Source: Nitrospirota bacterium
GTDB lineage: Bacteria; Nitrospirota; Thermodesulfovibrionia; Thermodesulfovibrionales; Dissulfurispiraceae
NCBI GenBank assembly: GCA_963710375.1
Contig: CAVPZX010000008.1
Span: 1 to 64,000 of the forward strand
Reading direction: 5' to 3'
Length of the DNA stretch: 64,000 nt
In this document: piece by piece, positions 17,167 to 27,240 of the stretch
Numbering within the stretch: the first letter of the stretch is position 1
How the letters are laid out: each line of letters begins with the position of its first letter
The notes under the pieces: generated by a model
What the model saw: only the letters and a program-made list of their open reading frames with translations
The model's database searches: none
Told to the model about the DNA's origin: nothing
Translations under genes and position numbers: made by a program

Positions 17167-19572
17167 TTATTTGCCGGCAACTACATTCAATAATTTATCA
17201 GGAACAAAAATTACTTTTTTAATGTTATTTCCGTGGATGTACTTGCTAAACTTTTCGTCATTGGTTACAAGCTCAAATAAATTATCCTGAGAAATTCCCT
17301 TTTCAACCTGAACAGTGCCCCGCAATTTACCGTTCACCTGGACTGCAATGGTCACACTCTCCTCGGTTATCAGGCTGCTGTCATATTCAGGCCATCCCTG
17401 GTCCATGACGCGGGCATCTTTACTTATAGTCATTTCCCACATTTCAGAGGTCAAATGCGGAGCAAAGGGATACAAAAGAACGCACAGCAGTTCAAACATC
17501 TTTTTCGGAATTGCGGACATTGCCGAAATTTCATTGGTATAAGACATTATTTCAGCTACCGCTGTATTGAAACGCATTTTCTCAATTCTTTCCGAGACAT
17601 TCTTGATTGTTTTATGCATGAGCCTCAGGTTCTTTTCATCAGGTGAAATATCATCGCTGATTTTTTCCATGCTGCTCCACACGCGGTTTAAAAACCGGGA
17701 AATACCCACAAGGCCGTCAGTATTCCACATCACCGCAAGATCAAAGGCTCCGATAAACATAAGGTATACCCTGAAAACATCAGCGCCATATTCATCAGCG
17801 ATGTCATCAGGATTTACGACATTGCCGCGCGATTTCGACATCTTTTCGCCATCCGCCCCAAGAATCATGCCGTGCGAGGTCCGTTTTTTGTACGGCTCCT
17901 TGCAAGGTACAAGACCTTCGTCATACAAAAATTTATGCCAGAACCTGGAGTATAACAAGTGCAAAGTTGTGTGCTCCATCCCGCCGTTATACCAGTCAAC
18001 CGGAAGCCAATAATCGAGATTTTCCCTTGAGGCAAACTCTCTATTATTACCGGGATCAATATACCTGAGAAAGTACCAGGATGAACCAGCCCACTGAGGC
18101 ATTGTGTCTGTTTCACGCTTCGCAGATCCGCCACACCTGGGGCATTTGGTATTCACCCAATCGGTCAGCCCCTCGAGTACGGATTTCCCGTCTTCCCCGG
18201 ATATAAAGGATCTTACTTCAGGGAGCAACACAGGCAGTTCCTGTTCCGGCACCGGGACCCACCCGCATTTTTCACACAGGACCATTGGAATTACTTCACC
18301 CCAGTACCTTTGGCGAGAAAAAACCCAGTCCCTCAGCTTATAATTTATTTTACTTTCGCCGCATTTTTGCATGGAGAGCCAGTCAACTATTCTCTTTTTC
18401 GCTTCCTGCACAGATAAACCATTCAGGAAATCGGAATTAATTAACTGACCGTCTCCTTCATATGCCCCTAGTGATATATCGCCGCCGGATATGACCTGAT
18501 CAACAGGAAGCCGATATTTTTTTGCAAACTCGTAATCTCTCTTATCGTGGGCAGGCACAGCCATAATAGCTCCGGTGCCATAGCCCATAAGCACATAATC
18601 AGACACCCAAATTGGAATTTTTTGTTTCGTAGCGGGATTTACAGCGCTGACTCCCTCCAATTTCACACCGGTCTTTTCTTTTGCAAGGTCCATCCTTTCG
18701 ATTTCCGACTTGTGAGAAGCCTGTTCACAATAATTTTTAACCTCCTCACTATTGCTTATCAGTCGCATCAGTTCTGCCAGTATCGGATGTTCCGGAGAAA
18801 GCACCAAATAAGTTGCTCCGAAAATAGTATCAGGCCTTGTAGTGAACACTCTTATGCTGACCTTTGAGTCAGCAGGAAAATCAATCTCGGCTCCGTAGCT
18901 TTTGCCTATCCAGTTAATTTGCTGTGCTTTAATTTTTTCGAGATAGTCAACATCTTCCAGGTCGCTGATCAGCCTATCGGCATACCTAGTAATTTTCAAC
19001 ATCCACTGATTTTTATTTTTCTTGATGACAGGAGAACCGCATCTTTCACATGTGCCGTCAATTACTTCCTCATTTGCAAGACCGACCTTGCAGGAAGTAC
19101 ACCAATTAATCGGAATATCCGCCTTATAGGCCAAGCCCATATTAAATAATCGCAAAAAAATCCATTGGGTCCATTTGTAATAACCAGGGTCAGTTGTGTT
19201 TATCTCGCGGTCCCAGTCAAAAGAGAATCCCAGCATTTTTAACTGTCTTTTAAAATTTGCAATATTTCTCCTTGTCGATTCAAGCGGATGCACACCATGT
19301 TTAATGGCAAAGTTTTCTGCGGGAAGACCAAAGGCGTCCCAGCCTATGGGAAACAGGACATTATAACCCTCCATGCGTCTTTTTCTCGCAATAATATCCA
19401 TAGCGGTAAAGCTCCTGGGGTGCCCGACATGGAGTCCTTCTGCAGAGGGATATGGAAATTCAATTAACACATAATATTTGGTCTTGCTGCTGTTATTAGC
19501 GCCAGTGAACGACTTATTTTCGAGCCAAATGTTTTGCCATTTATTTTCTATTTCCTTAAAAGGATAAGACAT
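17167..19572 (-). CDS. leuS: Leucine--tRNA ligase
   Basis: HVGH, FTTRPDT editing domain, GTGAIMAVPAHD, KMSKS, VQVNGKLRG. Confidence 0.97.
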   Translation of the reverse strand: MSYPFKEIENKWQNIWLENKSFTGANNSSKTKYYVLIEFPYPSAEGLHVGHPRSFTAMDIIARKRRMEGYNVLFPIGWDAFGLPAENFAIKHGVHPLESTRRNIANFKRQLKMLGFSFDWDREINTTDPGYYKWTQWIFLRLFNMGLAYKADIPINWCTSCKVGLANEEVIDGTCERCGSPVIKKNKNQWMLKITRYADRLISDLEDVDYLEKIKAQQINWIGKSYGAEIDFPADSKVSIRVFTTRPDTIFGATYLVLSPEHPILAELMRLISNSEEVKNYCEQASHKSEIERMDLAKEKTGVKLEGVSAVNPATKQKIPIWVSDYVLMGYGTGAIMAVPAHDKRDYEFAKKYRLPVDQVISGGDISLGAYEGDGQLINSDFLNGLSVQEAKKRIVDWLSMQKCGESKINYKLRDWVFSRQRYWGEVIPMVLCEKCGWVPVPEQELPVLLPEVRSFISGEDGKSVLEGLTDWVNTKCPRCGGSAKRETDTMPQWAGSSWYFLRYIDPGNNREFASRENLDYWLPVDWYNGGMEHTTLHLLYSRFWHKFLYDEGLVPCKEPYKKRTSHGMILGADGEKMSKSRGNVVNPDDIADEYGADVFRVYLMFIGAFDLAVMWNTDGLVGISRFLNRVWSSMEKISDDISPDEKNLRLMHKTIKNVSERIEKMRFNTAVAEIMSYTNEISAMSAIPKKMFELLCVLLYPFAPHLTSEMWEMTISKDARVMDQGWPEYDSSLITEESVTIAVQVNGKLRGTVQVEKGISQDNLFELVTNDEKFSKYIHGNNIKKVIFVPDKLLNVVAGK

Positions 19573-19586
19573 TCAATCCTCCATTT

Positions 19587-19680
19587 CAGTATGCAGTATG
19601 CAGTAAGCAGAAAAAAAGTTTTCTTTGCTGCCTGCTTCTCGCTGTCGTGCTGTCTAGTGCCTACTGCTTACTGCCTGCTG
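19587..19680. repeat. Inverted heptamer array (CAGTAWG)n...(CYTACTG)n
   Basis: cagtatgcagtatgcagtaagcag ... cctactgcttactgcctgctg. Confidence 0.75.
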
Positions 19681-20937
19681 TTAATTAGTCCGGACGAGGC
19701 GAAAGCCGTCATTGCTGTCACGGTAGTCGGGAATGATCGATAGACGCTTCTCTGTACGCGTGTACCCCGCGCCATTGAACCAGGACCCTCCGCGCAACAC
19801 GTGATTCGTTCCGCTCTCCGGCCCTAAGGGATTATTTTTCGGGCTGCTCTTGTAATAGTTTGCATCATAGAAATCCAGACACCACTCCCACACATTGCCG
19901 CTCATGTCGTACAATCCCAACCCATTAGGTTTCCTCTTTCCTACAGGATGTGTTTTATCACCCGAATTGGCATTATACCATGCATATCTCCCAAGTTCCG
20001 ATTCAGTGCTCGTGCCCGCCCACTTCTCCTTCCTTCCACCGCTACTCGCAGCATACTCCCACTCCGCCTCTGTGGGTAAGCGATAATTCTTTCCTATCAT
20101 CTGTTTTAACTTCTCTATGAATGCCTGCGCGTCATTCCAGCTTATATTTTCAACAGGGCAACTATCGCCGCAAAGATCGAATTGTGACGGGTTATAGCCC
20201 ATAATCTCTTTCCACTGCTTCTGTGTTACATCATACGTCCCCAAATAAAAATCGTTAACGCAGACTTCGTGAACTGGCCGCTCATCAGCGTAACCATCGC
20301 CGAAACTGTCCCCCATCTGGTAACACCCGCCTTTGACAAAGACAAATTCCATATTAACGGCTGATGCTTCTCCCCCTGTCTTTGCAGGCATTGAAGGTGC
20401 AGCCATCATCTCAGGGTGATCTTCTGCCAGCCTTTGACCCATTAATCTTTTTGTAACCCTTTTGCTTGACTCTATCAGATCATCAACTTCGCATTTGCAC
20501 TTGTCTTCAGAAATCCGTTCAACATTGCCTGTCTTAACGTCTATCAGGGACAGCGAAAGAAAATATGTCTTGCCAACCATGTTGATCGAACCTATGACGA
20601 TTTTCCCGACGTCTAAAAGACGCCCAGCCTCAACTATGCCTGTACATGGGCCGGAAACGCAGGCGGACATTTGGAACATCTGCTCACCCAATTTCTCGTT
20701 CATGTCCCCCCTGTTGATCACCTTATATTTGCCGGACCCCACAAGCTCGCGCCGTATGCTTTCTGAAAGGGGACGTAAAATATTATTATCCACGTTCTGA
20801 GTTGTGAGGTCAAAAACCGCAATGTAGTTGTCCCTGAGCTCTTGCATTTTCGCCGGCTTCCCGGCTGCCGACAATGCTGTTGTAAATACAAGCAAGGACA
20901 TAAGAAACAAACTAATTGATAAAATTATGGTTTTCAT
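19681..20937 (-). CDS. Secreted FGE-sulfatase (SUMF1/CLec) domain protein with an N-terminal CsgG-like domain
   Basis: Signal peptide, RLPTEAEWEYAA, GLYDMSGNVWEWC, RGGSW, GFRLVR. Confidence 0.88.
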   Translation of the reverse strand: MKTIILSISLFLMSLLVFTTALSAAGKPAKMQELRDNYIAVFDLTTQNVDNNILRPLSESIRRELVGSGKYKVINRGDMNEKLGEQMFQMSACVSGPCTGIVEAGRLLDVGKIVIGSINMVGKTYFLSLSLIDVKTGNVERISEDKCKCEVDDLIESSKRVTKRLMGQRLAEDHPEMMAAPSMPAKTGGEASAVNMEFVFVKGGCYQMGDSFGDGYADERPVHEVCVNDFYLGTYDVTQKQWKEIMGYNPSQFDLCGDSCPVENISWNDAQAFIEKLKQMIGKNYRLPTEAEWEYAASSGGRKEKWAGTSTESELGRYAWYNANSGDKTHPVGKRKPNGLGLYDMSGNVWEWCLDFYDANYYKSSPKNNPLGPESGTNHVLRGGSWFNGAGYTRTEKRLSIIPDYRDSNDGFRLVRTN

Positions 20938-20984
20938 ACGTATAAAAATACTATAACCAAATGAAACAAATCAAGGCAAAAAAA

Positions 20985-21061
20985 AGGTTGAGGTTGAGGT
21001 ACAGGAAAAAGATAACCAATGCTTTTTTGTCTATTCTTAACCTTGACCTTAACCTCTACCT
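20985..21061. repeat. Inverted hexamer array
   Basis: aggttgaggttgaggt ... ttaaccttgaccttaacctctacct. Confidence 0.85.
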
Positions 21062-22378
21062 GCCTTTTCCTGCCACCCTCCTGCTCCACTCGTACGCCTT
21101 TTGCAGTATTGATTCCTCATCTCCTGTGACCAGTGCCCTGCCCAGGATAACCGGCCTGCCGTCAATCATTACATCTTCTATATCCGATGCCATTGCCGCA
21201 TAGACAATAAGTGAATAAAGATCATAGGCCGGCACCAGATGGGGGCGTCGCATGTTCAGGGTGATTATGTCAGCTCGCTTCCCGGGTTGTATGCTCCCGA
21301 TCTGCTCATCAAGACCCAGCGCCCCCGCGCCCCATCGTGTTGCCATAAGCAGGGCGGTTTTCGAGTCTACAACAGTAGGATCGTTTGCTGCCGCCTTGTG
21401 GACTTTTGCGGCCGTCGCCATTTCACTAAGGATATTCATGTCATTGTTGCTCGCTGCGCCGTCGGTGCCCAGAGCGACCCGCACTCCAGCGGCAAGCATT
21501 TTTGTAACAGGAGCAATACCTGCTGCAAGTTTGAGGTTGCTTTCGATGCAGTGAGAAACCGCAACTCCCCTTTGTGCAAGAAGGTCTATTTCCCTGTCAT
21601 CAAGCCACACGCAGTGAGCGGCAAGCAGCCTATCGCTGAGAAGGCCTATGCTTTCCAGGTACTCGACAGGCCTTTTGCCATAGCGGTGCATAATCTCGGA
21701 GACCTCCCAGGCTGTTTCAGACAGATGTATGGTGGTCAGAACTCCCCTCCGGTCTGCCAATTCTTTCACCCGCTCTAATGTTTGAGTGCCGCAGGTATAT
21801 GCAGAATGAGGAGCTACGCAGGGAGTAATCAGGGGATCTCCCTGCCATGAATCGATGAAACGGTCGGCATTGCCGAGATACTCGTCAACAGTATTCGCGG
21901 TCATGGTAGGAAAGTCGAGGACACCCACGCCCAGGAGCGCACGCATGCCGAGCTGCTTAGATGCTGCGGCAGAACTATCACCGAAGAAATACATATCATT
22001 ATAGGTAGTTATTCCCGACTTCAGCATCTCCAGGCAGGCGAGCAGGACGGCATCGTACACGAATTCAGCACTCAGAAGCCTGTTCTCGGCAGGCCATATG
22101 TGTTTTTCGAGCCAGTCCTTCAGCGGAAGATCATCCGCCAACCCTCTGAAATATACCATTGCCGCATGTGTGTGGGTGTTGATAAACCCGGGCAGCACCA
22201 GCCTTCCCTGCCCCCCGATACTATGTGCCGACGAATATTTCTTAAGGATATTCTCTGCAGCGGCAACATCTGCGATCATGCCGCCCTTTACAGCAACAGC
22301 TCCGTTATGAACGATGTCCAGACGGTCGTTCATCGTAAGTATATCCTCTCCGAAAACAATGTAGTCTACTTGTTCCAT
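21056..22378 (-). CDS. mtaD: Metal-dependent amidohydrolase, MTA/SAH deaminase-like
   Basis: PGFINTHTH, APHSAYT, IHLSET, SNLKLAAG, GTDGAASNN. Confidence 0.8.
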   Translation of the reverse strand: MEQVDYIVFGEDILTMNDRLDIVHNGAVAVKGGMIADVAAAENILKKYSSAHSIGGQGRLVLPGFINTHTHAAMVYFRGLADDLPLKDWLEKHIWPAENRLLSAEFVYDAVLLACLEMLKSGITTYNDMYFFGDSSAAASKQLGMRALLGVGVLDFPTMTANTVDEYLGNADRFIDSWQGDPLITPCVAPHSAYTCGTQTLERVKELADRRGVLTTIHLSETAWEVSEIMHRYGKRPVEYLESIGLLSDRLLAAHCVWLDDREIDLLAQRGVAVSHCIESNLKLAAGIAPVTKMLAAGVRVALGTDGAASNNDMNILSEMATAAKVHKAAANDPTVVDSKTALLMATRWGAGALGLDEQIGSIQPGKRADIITLNMRRPHLVPAYDLYSLIVYAAMASDIEDVMIDGRPVILGRALVTGDEESILQKAYEWSRRVAGKGR

Positions 22379-22382
22379 TTTC

Positions 22383-23294
22383 CTATAGCCTGTTGCCTGT
22401 ACTTATGGCGATCACCGTAAACACAAGGATCGCAATGCTTATATAACCATTCATGTTGAAAAAAGCCATATCGAGGCGGCTAAGGTCATCAGCTTTCACA
22501 AGCGAATGTTCGTATATAAGAAGTCCGGCAACAATGATCATCCCGATCCAATAAACGATATTCAGCCCAAATATGACTCCGGTTGCGGCCAAGAGGAGCC
22601 AGGTAGTGAAATGGAAGAGCTTTGAAAAGACAAGTGACCCTTTTATGCCGAACCTCTGTGGAATTGAATGAAGCCCGTAGCCCCTGTCAAACTCGATGTC
22701 CTGCAGAGCATATAGCACATCGAACCCGGCAAGCCAAAAAACAACGGCTAAGCTCATGGGTAGAATCTCTTTGTCAAGGCTCCCCCGAACAGCGATCCAT
22801 GCCCCCAGAGGCGCTGCGGCAATTGCAATGCCGAGGACAAAATGCGCCATCCAGGTAAAACGCTTGGTATAGGAGTAAAGGGCCAGGACCAGAATTGCCA
22901 GGGGAGAGAGCTTAAAGCACAACGGATTAAGCCGGTACGCAGCAAAAATCAGCAACGAAAGAGCAACAGAGGTAAAGATAGCTGCATCAAGCACTCGTAT
23001 CTTACCCGACGGAAGCTCCCTGCCGGCTGTCCGTGGGTTTGCCGCGTCAATCTTTCTGTCGATGATCCTGTTAAGCCCCATCGCTCCGGAGCGGGCCCCG
23101 ATCATGGCAACGGTAATCCAGAAAAGCTTTTCAGCAGGAGGGAATCCCACTAAACCCAAAAAAGTCACAGCCTTCCCATTCCCCCACGCTGATGCCAGAA
23201 TGGCCCCTGTAAAAGCAAAAGGCAGCGCAAATACCGAATGGGAAAATTTTATCATTCTTAAAAAAAGAAACGCCTTATTTTTCACCATTTCCAT
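22383..23294 (-). CDS. ubiA: UbiA-family prenyltransferase (MqnP-like)
   Basis: MIKFSHSVFALPFA, NRIIDRKIDAANPRT, YSYTKRF, YALQDIEFD. Start adjusted to exclude MITE-derived codons. Confidence 0.88.
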   Translation of the reverse strand: MEMVKNKAFLFLRMIKFSHSVFALPFAFTGAILASAWGNGKAVTFLGLVGFPPAEKLFWITVAMIGARSGAMGLNRIIDRKIDAANPRTAGRELPSGKIRVLDAAIFTSVALSLLIFAAYRLNPLCFKLSPLAILVLALYSYTKRFTWMAHFVLGIAIAAAPLGAWIAVRGSLDKEILPMSLAVVFWLAGFDVLYALQDIEFDRGYGLHSIPQRFGIKGSLVFSKLFHFTTWLLLAATGVIFGLNIVYWIGMIIVAGLLIYEHSLVKADDLSRLDMAFFNMNGYISIAILVFTVIAISTGNRL

Positions 23295-23317
23295 GAATTT
23301 TATGATAGCACACTTAA

Positions 23318-23393
23318 GGGCTCGCGAATAAATAGCTTGCACATTGATGCATCTCGGAGTTCATGAATGCACAAGTTAATTATTCGCGAGCCC
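23318..23393. mobile_element. MITE family A copy 3 (76 bp, internally deleted)
   Basis: Both TIRs are present and TAA flanks both sides. About 100 bp of the centre is missing. Confidence 0.88.
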
Positions 23394-23459
23394 TAACAAT
23401 TAGTTTTTCTTGACAAAGGACTAAAACTATGTTAAGAATTTCTCATTCCGTGAAACAAA

Positions 23460-23546
23460 TGGTATATGGATAATAGGTAATTAGTTGTTGATTTTTTCTG
23501 TCTTCAAACTATAGCCTATAACCCATGACCCTTAACCTACAACCTG
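23460..23546. repeat. Degenerate inverted heptamer array
   Basis: G-rich 7-mers, then ctatagc-ctataac-ccatgac-ccttaac-ctacaac. Confidence 0.55.
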
Positions 23547-23566
23547 TATAATGAGGAGGTACTATA

Positions 23567-23953
23567 ATGAATCTGGATGATCTCAAGTATCACAAAGAGC
23601 ACACGTGGGTGATGGTATCGGGGAAAAAGGCCACGATAGGCATCACCGATTATGCACAGGACGCACTGGGAGATATAGTTTACATTGACCTCCCGGAGGT
23701 AGGGTCATCTGCTGAAGCAGGTACCGAAATCGCAGAAATCGAGTCAACAAAAGCAACGTCATCAGTAATCACGCCGGTAAGTGGAACAGTTGTCGAAGTC
23801 AACGAAAAACTGGCAGACTCTCCTGAGATCATAAACGAGGACCCATACGGCAAGGGATGGGTCGCAATAATTGAAATGGATGATGCTTCCGAACTCGATG
23901 AGCTTATGGATAGTGGCGATTATGACAAGTATATCGAAGAGGAAGCCAAGTGA
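23567..23953 (+). CDS. gcvH: Glycine cleavage H / lipoyl carrier protein
   Basis: GITDYAQDALGDIVY, lipoyl motif IESTKA, NEDPYGKGW. Confidence 0.95.
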   Translation: MNLDDLKYHKEHTWVMVSGKKATIGITDYAQDALGDIVYIDLPEVGSSAEAGTEIAEIESTKATSSVITPVSGTVVEVNEKLADSPEIINEDPYGKGWVAIIEMDDASELDELMDSGDYDKYIEEEAK

Positions 23954-25335
23954 AATTAACGATCATCGGTGCTGGACCTGGAGGATACGTAGCTGCCTTA
24001 AAAGCTGCCAGGCTCGGTGCACAGGTAACCGTGATAGAAGACACGGAAGTAGGGGGGACATGTCTCAACCGCGGCTGTATCCCTACCAAATCACTAGTCG
24101 CCTCCGTCGAGGCGCTTCGGACTGCAAAACGACTCAATGAATACGGAATAGATATACAGGGAGAGATACTCCCCAACCTATCCAGGATAATGGAGAGGAA
24201 GAATAAGATCGTTGCGACACAGGTAAAAGGCATCAAATCTCTCTTTAAAAGCTGGGGCGTAACACTTATTGAAGGCAGGGGAACGATTCTCACCCCTGCA
24301 AAAGTTGAAGCGCGGAAAAAAGACGGCCCAACAGAGGTAATTGAGACCGATAAAATAATAATCGCCACCGGCTCCCGCCCCGCAGAATTACCGATGTTCC
24401 ATCTTGATGGTGAACATATCCTTTCAAGCGATCACGCCGTGGCAATCGACTCCATACCAAAAAGTCTGATCGTTATCGGCGCAGGGGTAATCGGCTGTGA
24501 ATTCGCATGCATATTCAGGGAACTCGGTACCGAAATAACAATGGTCGAGATGATGCCGGGGGCCCTTTCTACAGAGGACCACGAAATAGCAGCATTGCTT
24601 CAAAGAGAATTAATAAAGAAAAAAATCAAGTTGTTCTCCGGCGTCAGGGTAGACAGGGTCGAGCGCAACCACAACGGTATTCATGCATACCTCAACAACG
24701 GTGAGGAACTTGTTGCTGAAAAGCTTCTTGTTTCCATAGGAAGGGCATTTAATGTCGAAAATATCGGGCTGGAGGCACTGGGCATCCTGAAAGGCCCTCG
24801 CGGAGAAATAGCGGTAAACGAGAGAATGGAGACCAACATAAGCAGCATCTACGCAATAGGAGACGTTACCGGAGGCCCTCTCCTCGCCCATGTGGCTTCG
24901 AAGGAAGGGCTGGTGGCCGCCTGCAATTGCTGCGGTATAGATACCAGTATGGATTATTCAGTAGTGCCTGCAGGGACATTTACTTCGCCGGAGATAGGAT
25001 CTGTAGGCCTCAGAGAACAAGAGGCAACTGCAAAGGGAATGAATGTTAAAGTGGGACGTTTTCAGTTCAGGATGCTGGGCAAAGCCCATGTCATAGGAGA
25101 GATAACCGGTATGGTCAAGATAATTGCCGACGCAGGTTCAGACAGAGTTTTAGGCGTGCATATTATCGGCCCCCATGCAGCGGAGCTTGTTCATGAAGGA
25201 GCCCTTGCCATGCAGGCCGGCCTGACCGCGGAAGCGATAGCCGGTATGATGCATGCCCACCCCACCCTTGCAGAATGCGTGATGGAAACCGCTGCGGATG
25301 TGTATGGTGAGGCAATACATAAAATGAAAGGTTGA
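23950..25335 (+). CDS. lpdA: Dihydrolipoyl dehydrogenase
   Basis: GAGPGGYVAA, GGTCLNRGCIPTK, HAHPTLAE. Confidence 0.96.
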   Translation: MKLTIIGAGPGGYVAALKAARLGAQVTVIEDTEVGGTCLNRGCIPTKSLVASVEALRTAKRLNEYGIDIQGEILPNLSRIMERKNKIVATQVKGIKSLFKSWGVTLIEGRGTILTPAKVEARKKDGPTEVIETDKIIIATGSRPAELPMFHLDGEHILSSDHAVAIDSIPKSLIVIGAGVIGCEFACIFRELGTEITMVEMMPGALSTEDHEIAALLQRELIKKKIKLFSGVRVDRVERNHNGIHAYLNNGEELVAEKLLVSIGRAFNVENIGLEALGILKGPRGEIAVNERMETNISSIYAIGDVTGGPLLAHVASKEGLVAACNCCGIDTSMDYSVVPAGTFTSPEIGSVGLREQEATAKGMNVKVGRFQFRMLGKAHVIGEITGMVKIIADAGSDRVLGVHIIGPHAAELVHEGALAMQAGLTAEAIAGMMHAHPTLAECVMETAADVYGEAIHKMKG

Positions 25336-25419
25336 GGTTGAGGTTGAGGTTAAGGTTAAGAAACGGCAAAAAAATATTTTGCCTTTGTATTGTCTCAACC
25401 TTAACCTTAGCCTTAACCT
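25329..25419. repeat. Inverted hexamer array
   Basis: (aggttg)3 aggtta aggtta ... ctcaaccttaaccttagccttaacct. Contains the lpdA stop codon. Confidence 0.88.
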
Positions 25420-25443
25420 GATTCTAAATTAGGAGGTTTTTTT

Positions 25444-26736
25444 ATGGGTGAGATTCTGGACATACTTGCATCAGAGGTGCTTGATTCAAGGGGCAACCCT
25501 ACAGTGGCAGTAGATGTGCTGCTTGACAGCGGCGCAACAGGAGGTTCAATTGTCCCTTCAGGCGCATCTACCGGCCAGAGGGAGGCCCTTGAGTTGAGAG
25601 ATGGCGACAAAAAGCGGTATCACGGTAAAGGGGTCCTCAAGGCAGTCAAGAACATAATGGAAAAGATAGCGCCGCAACTTATTGGTCTTGAATCGCTGGA
25701 CCAGAGCCTCGTGGATATGGCTATGATAGAACTCGATGGGACCGAGAATAAGTCTAAACTCGGCGCCAACGCCATTCTTGGGGTATCTATGGCCACATGC
25801 CGTGCGTCAGCAAATGAACTGGGACTTCCGCTGTATCAATATATAGGCGGATGCAATGCAAAAGAACTTCCTGTTCCAATGATGAATATAATCAACGGAG
25901 GTTCACATGCGGACAACAATCTGGATATTCAGGAGTTTATGATCGTGCCCGCGGGTTTTGACACATTTGCTACTGCGCTAAGGGCGAGCGCTGAGATATT
26001 CCATACTCTCAAGTCAATCCTGAAGAAGAAAGGCCTCGATACCGCGGTCGGTGACGAGGGCGGCTTTGCACCAAATCTTAAATCAAATGAAGAAGCCCTT
26101 TCAATAATCATTCAGGCAATAAAAGAGAGCGGATATACCCCGGGCAAAGATGTCTTTCTCGCGCTCGATGTCGCATCATCGGAATTATTTGATAAGGGCA
26201 AATACACTTTTGAAGGTAAGAAAATATCGTCTGATGAACTGACGGCATACTACGAGAAGATAGTTAAGAAATACCCTATCCTTTCTATCGAAGACGGCAT
26301 GGCTGAAAACGATTGGGAGGGCTGGAAACACCATACAAAGAGCCTCGGCGGAAAAATACAGTTGGTCGGCGATGACATTTTTGTAACAAATACGAAAATT
26401 TTAAAAGAGGGTATTGCAAAGGGGATCGCAAACTCCATCCTGATAAAGCTGAACCAGATAGGCACTGTTACCGAAACTCTCGATGCAATCGAAATGGCAA
26501 AAAAGGCGCGCTACACTGCGGTAATATCTCACCGTTCAGGCGAGACGGAAGATACCACTATCGCAGATCTTGCCGTGGCCTGCAATACCGGATTTATCAA
26601 AACAGGCTCTTTGTCGAGGACAGAAAGGACCGCAAAATATAACAGGCTGCTCGGCATTGAAGAAGAACTGGGCAGGGCTGCTCAATTTAAAGGACTGCGC
26701 AATTTTTACAATGTCCCTTCTTTAGGCGGGGCATAG
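25444..26736 (+). CDS. eno: Enolase
   Basis: [33 protein letters not shown]. Confidence 0.98.
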   Translation: MGEILDILASEVLDSRGNPTVAVDVLLDSGATGGSIVPSGASTGQREALELRDGDKKRYHGKGVLKAVKNIMEKIAPQLIGLESLDQSLVDMAMIELDGTENKSKLGANAILGVSMATCRASANELGLPLYQYIGGCNAKELPVPMMNIINGGSHADNNLDIQEFMIVPAGFDTFATALRASAEIFHTLKSILKKKGLDTAVGDEGGFAPNLKSNEEALSIIIQAIKESGYTPGKDVFLALDVASSELFDKGKYTFEGKKISSDELTAYYEKIVKKYPILSIEDGMAENDWEGWKHHTKSLGGKIQLVGDDIFVTNTKILKEGIAKGIANSILIKLNQIGTVTETLDAIEMAKKARYTAVISHRSGETEDTTIADLAVACNTGFIKTGSLSRTERTAKYNRLLGIEEELGRAAQFKGLRNFYNVPSLGGA

Positions 26737-26743
26737 TAAAGAC

Positions 26744-26835
26744 AGGCAGAGGTTTAGGTTGAGGTTAAGATTAAGAAAAGACAACAAATCACGTTTTATC
26801 TTTTACCTTAACCTTGACCTTAACCTCCACCTGCC
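26744..26835. repeat. Inverted hexamer array
   Basis: ggcagaggtttaggttgaggttaag ... accttaaccttgaccttaacctccacctgcc. Confidence 0.85.
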
Positions 26836-26898
26836 GTTGATTTTATGCCATCGTAGTGATAACATAACCCTATATCAGTATATAGAGAGGGTCGGGTT

Positions 26899-27240
26899 AT
26901 GAGAGGCAGATTACAGCCGAGAAATCTCAGGCAGCAGGTTACCTTTGAGCGCAGGAGAAGAGACATCATATTCTTCACCGTCGTCACTCTCGCCTTCTTA
27001 TACATGCTCATAGCGCTTGTCTTGGGCAACATGGGGTTCCTTAAATACACCGCTCTTACAAAAACAAGGAACATGCTGGATACCGAAATAAGCTCGCTTG
27101 AGAAGGAAAACAAAGCCTTAAAAGCTCGCGTCGGTGCTCTCAAAGAGGATAGTTTTTATATAGAAAAATATGCCCGTGAGGAATACGGTCTGGCAAAGCC
27201 CGGCGAATATATCTTCCAGTTCAAAGACGATGGCCGCTAA
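26899..27240 (+). CDS. ftsB: Septum formation initiator FtsB/DivIC
   Basis: Single TM, coiled coil, IEKYAREEYGLAKPGE, located downstream of eno. Confidence 0.88.
   Translation: MRGRLQPRNLRQQVTFERRRRDIIFFTVVTLAFLYMLIALVLGNMGFLKYTALTKTRNMLDTEISSLEKENKALKARVGALKEDSFYIEKYAREEYGLAKPGEYIFQFKDDGR

Noticed and set aside
19681..19800. C-terminus of the FGE/CLec protein as a DGR variable region
   Set aside because: No template repeat copy, reverse transcriptase or Avd gene was seen in the window. A remote DGR cannot be excluded.
23295..23342. N-terminal extension of the UbiA ORF (MQAIYSRALK...)
   Set aside because: It derives from MITE copy 3 and the promoter region. ATG 23294 fits better.
5463..26835. 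Short repeat arrays as a possible CRISPR
   Set aside because: The units are 6-7 nt, inverted and dispersed. There is no repeat-spacer periodicity and no cas gene.
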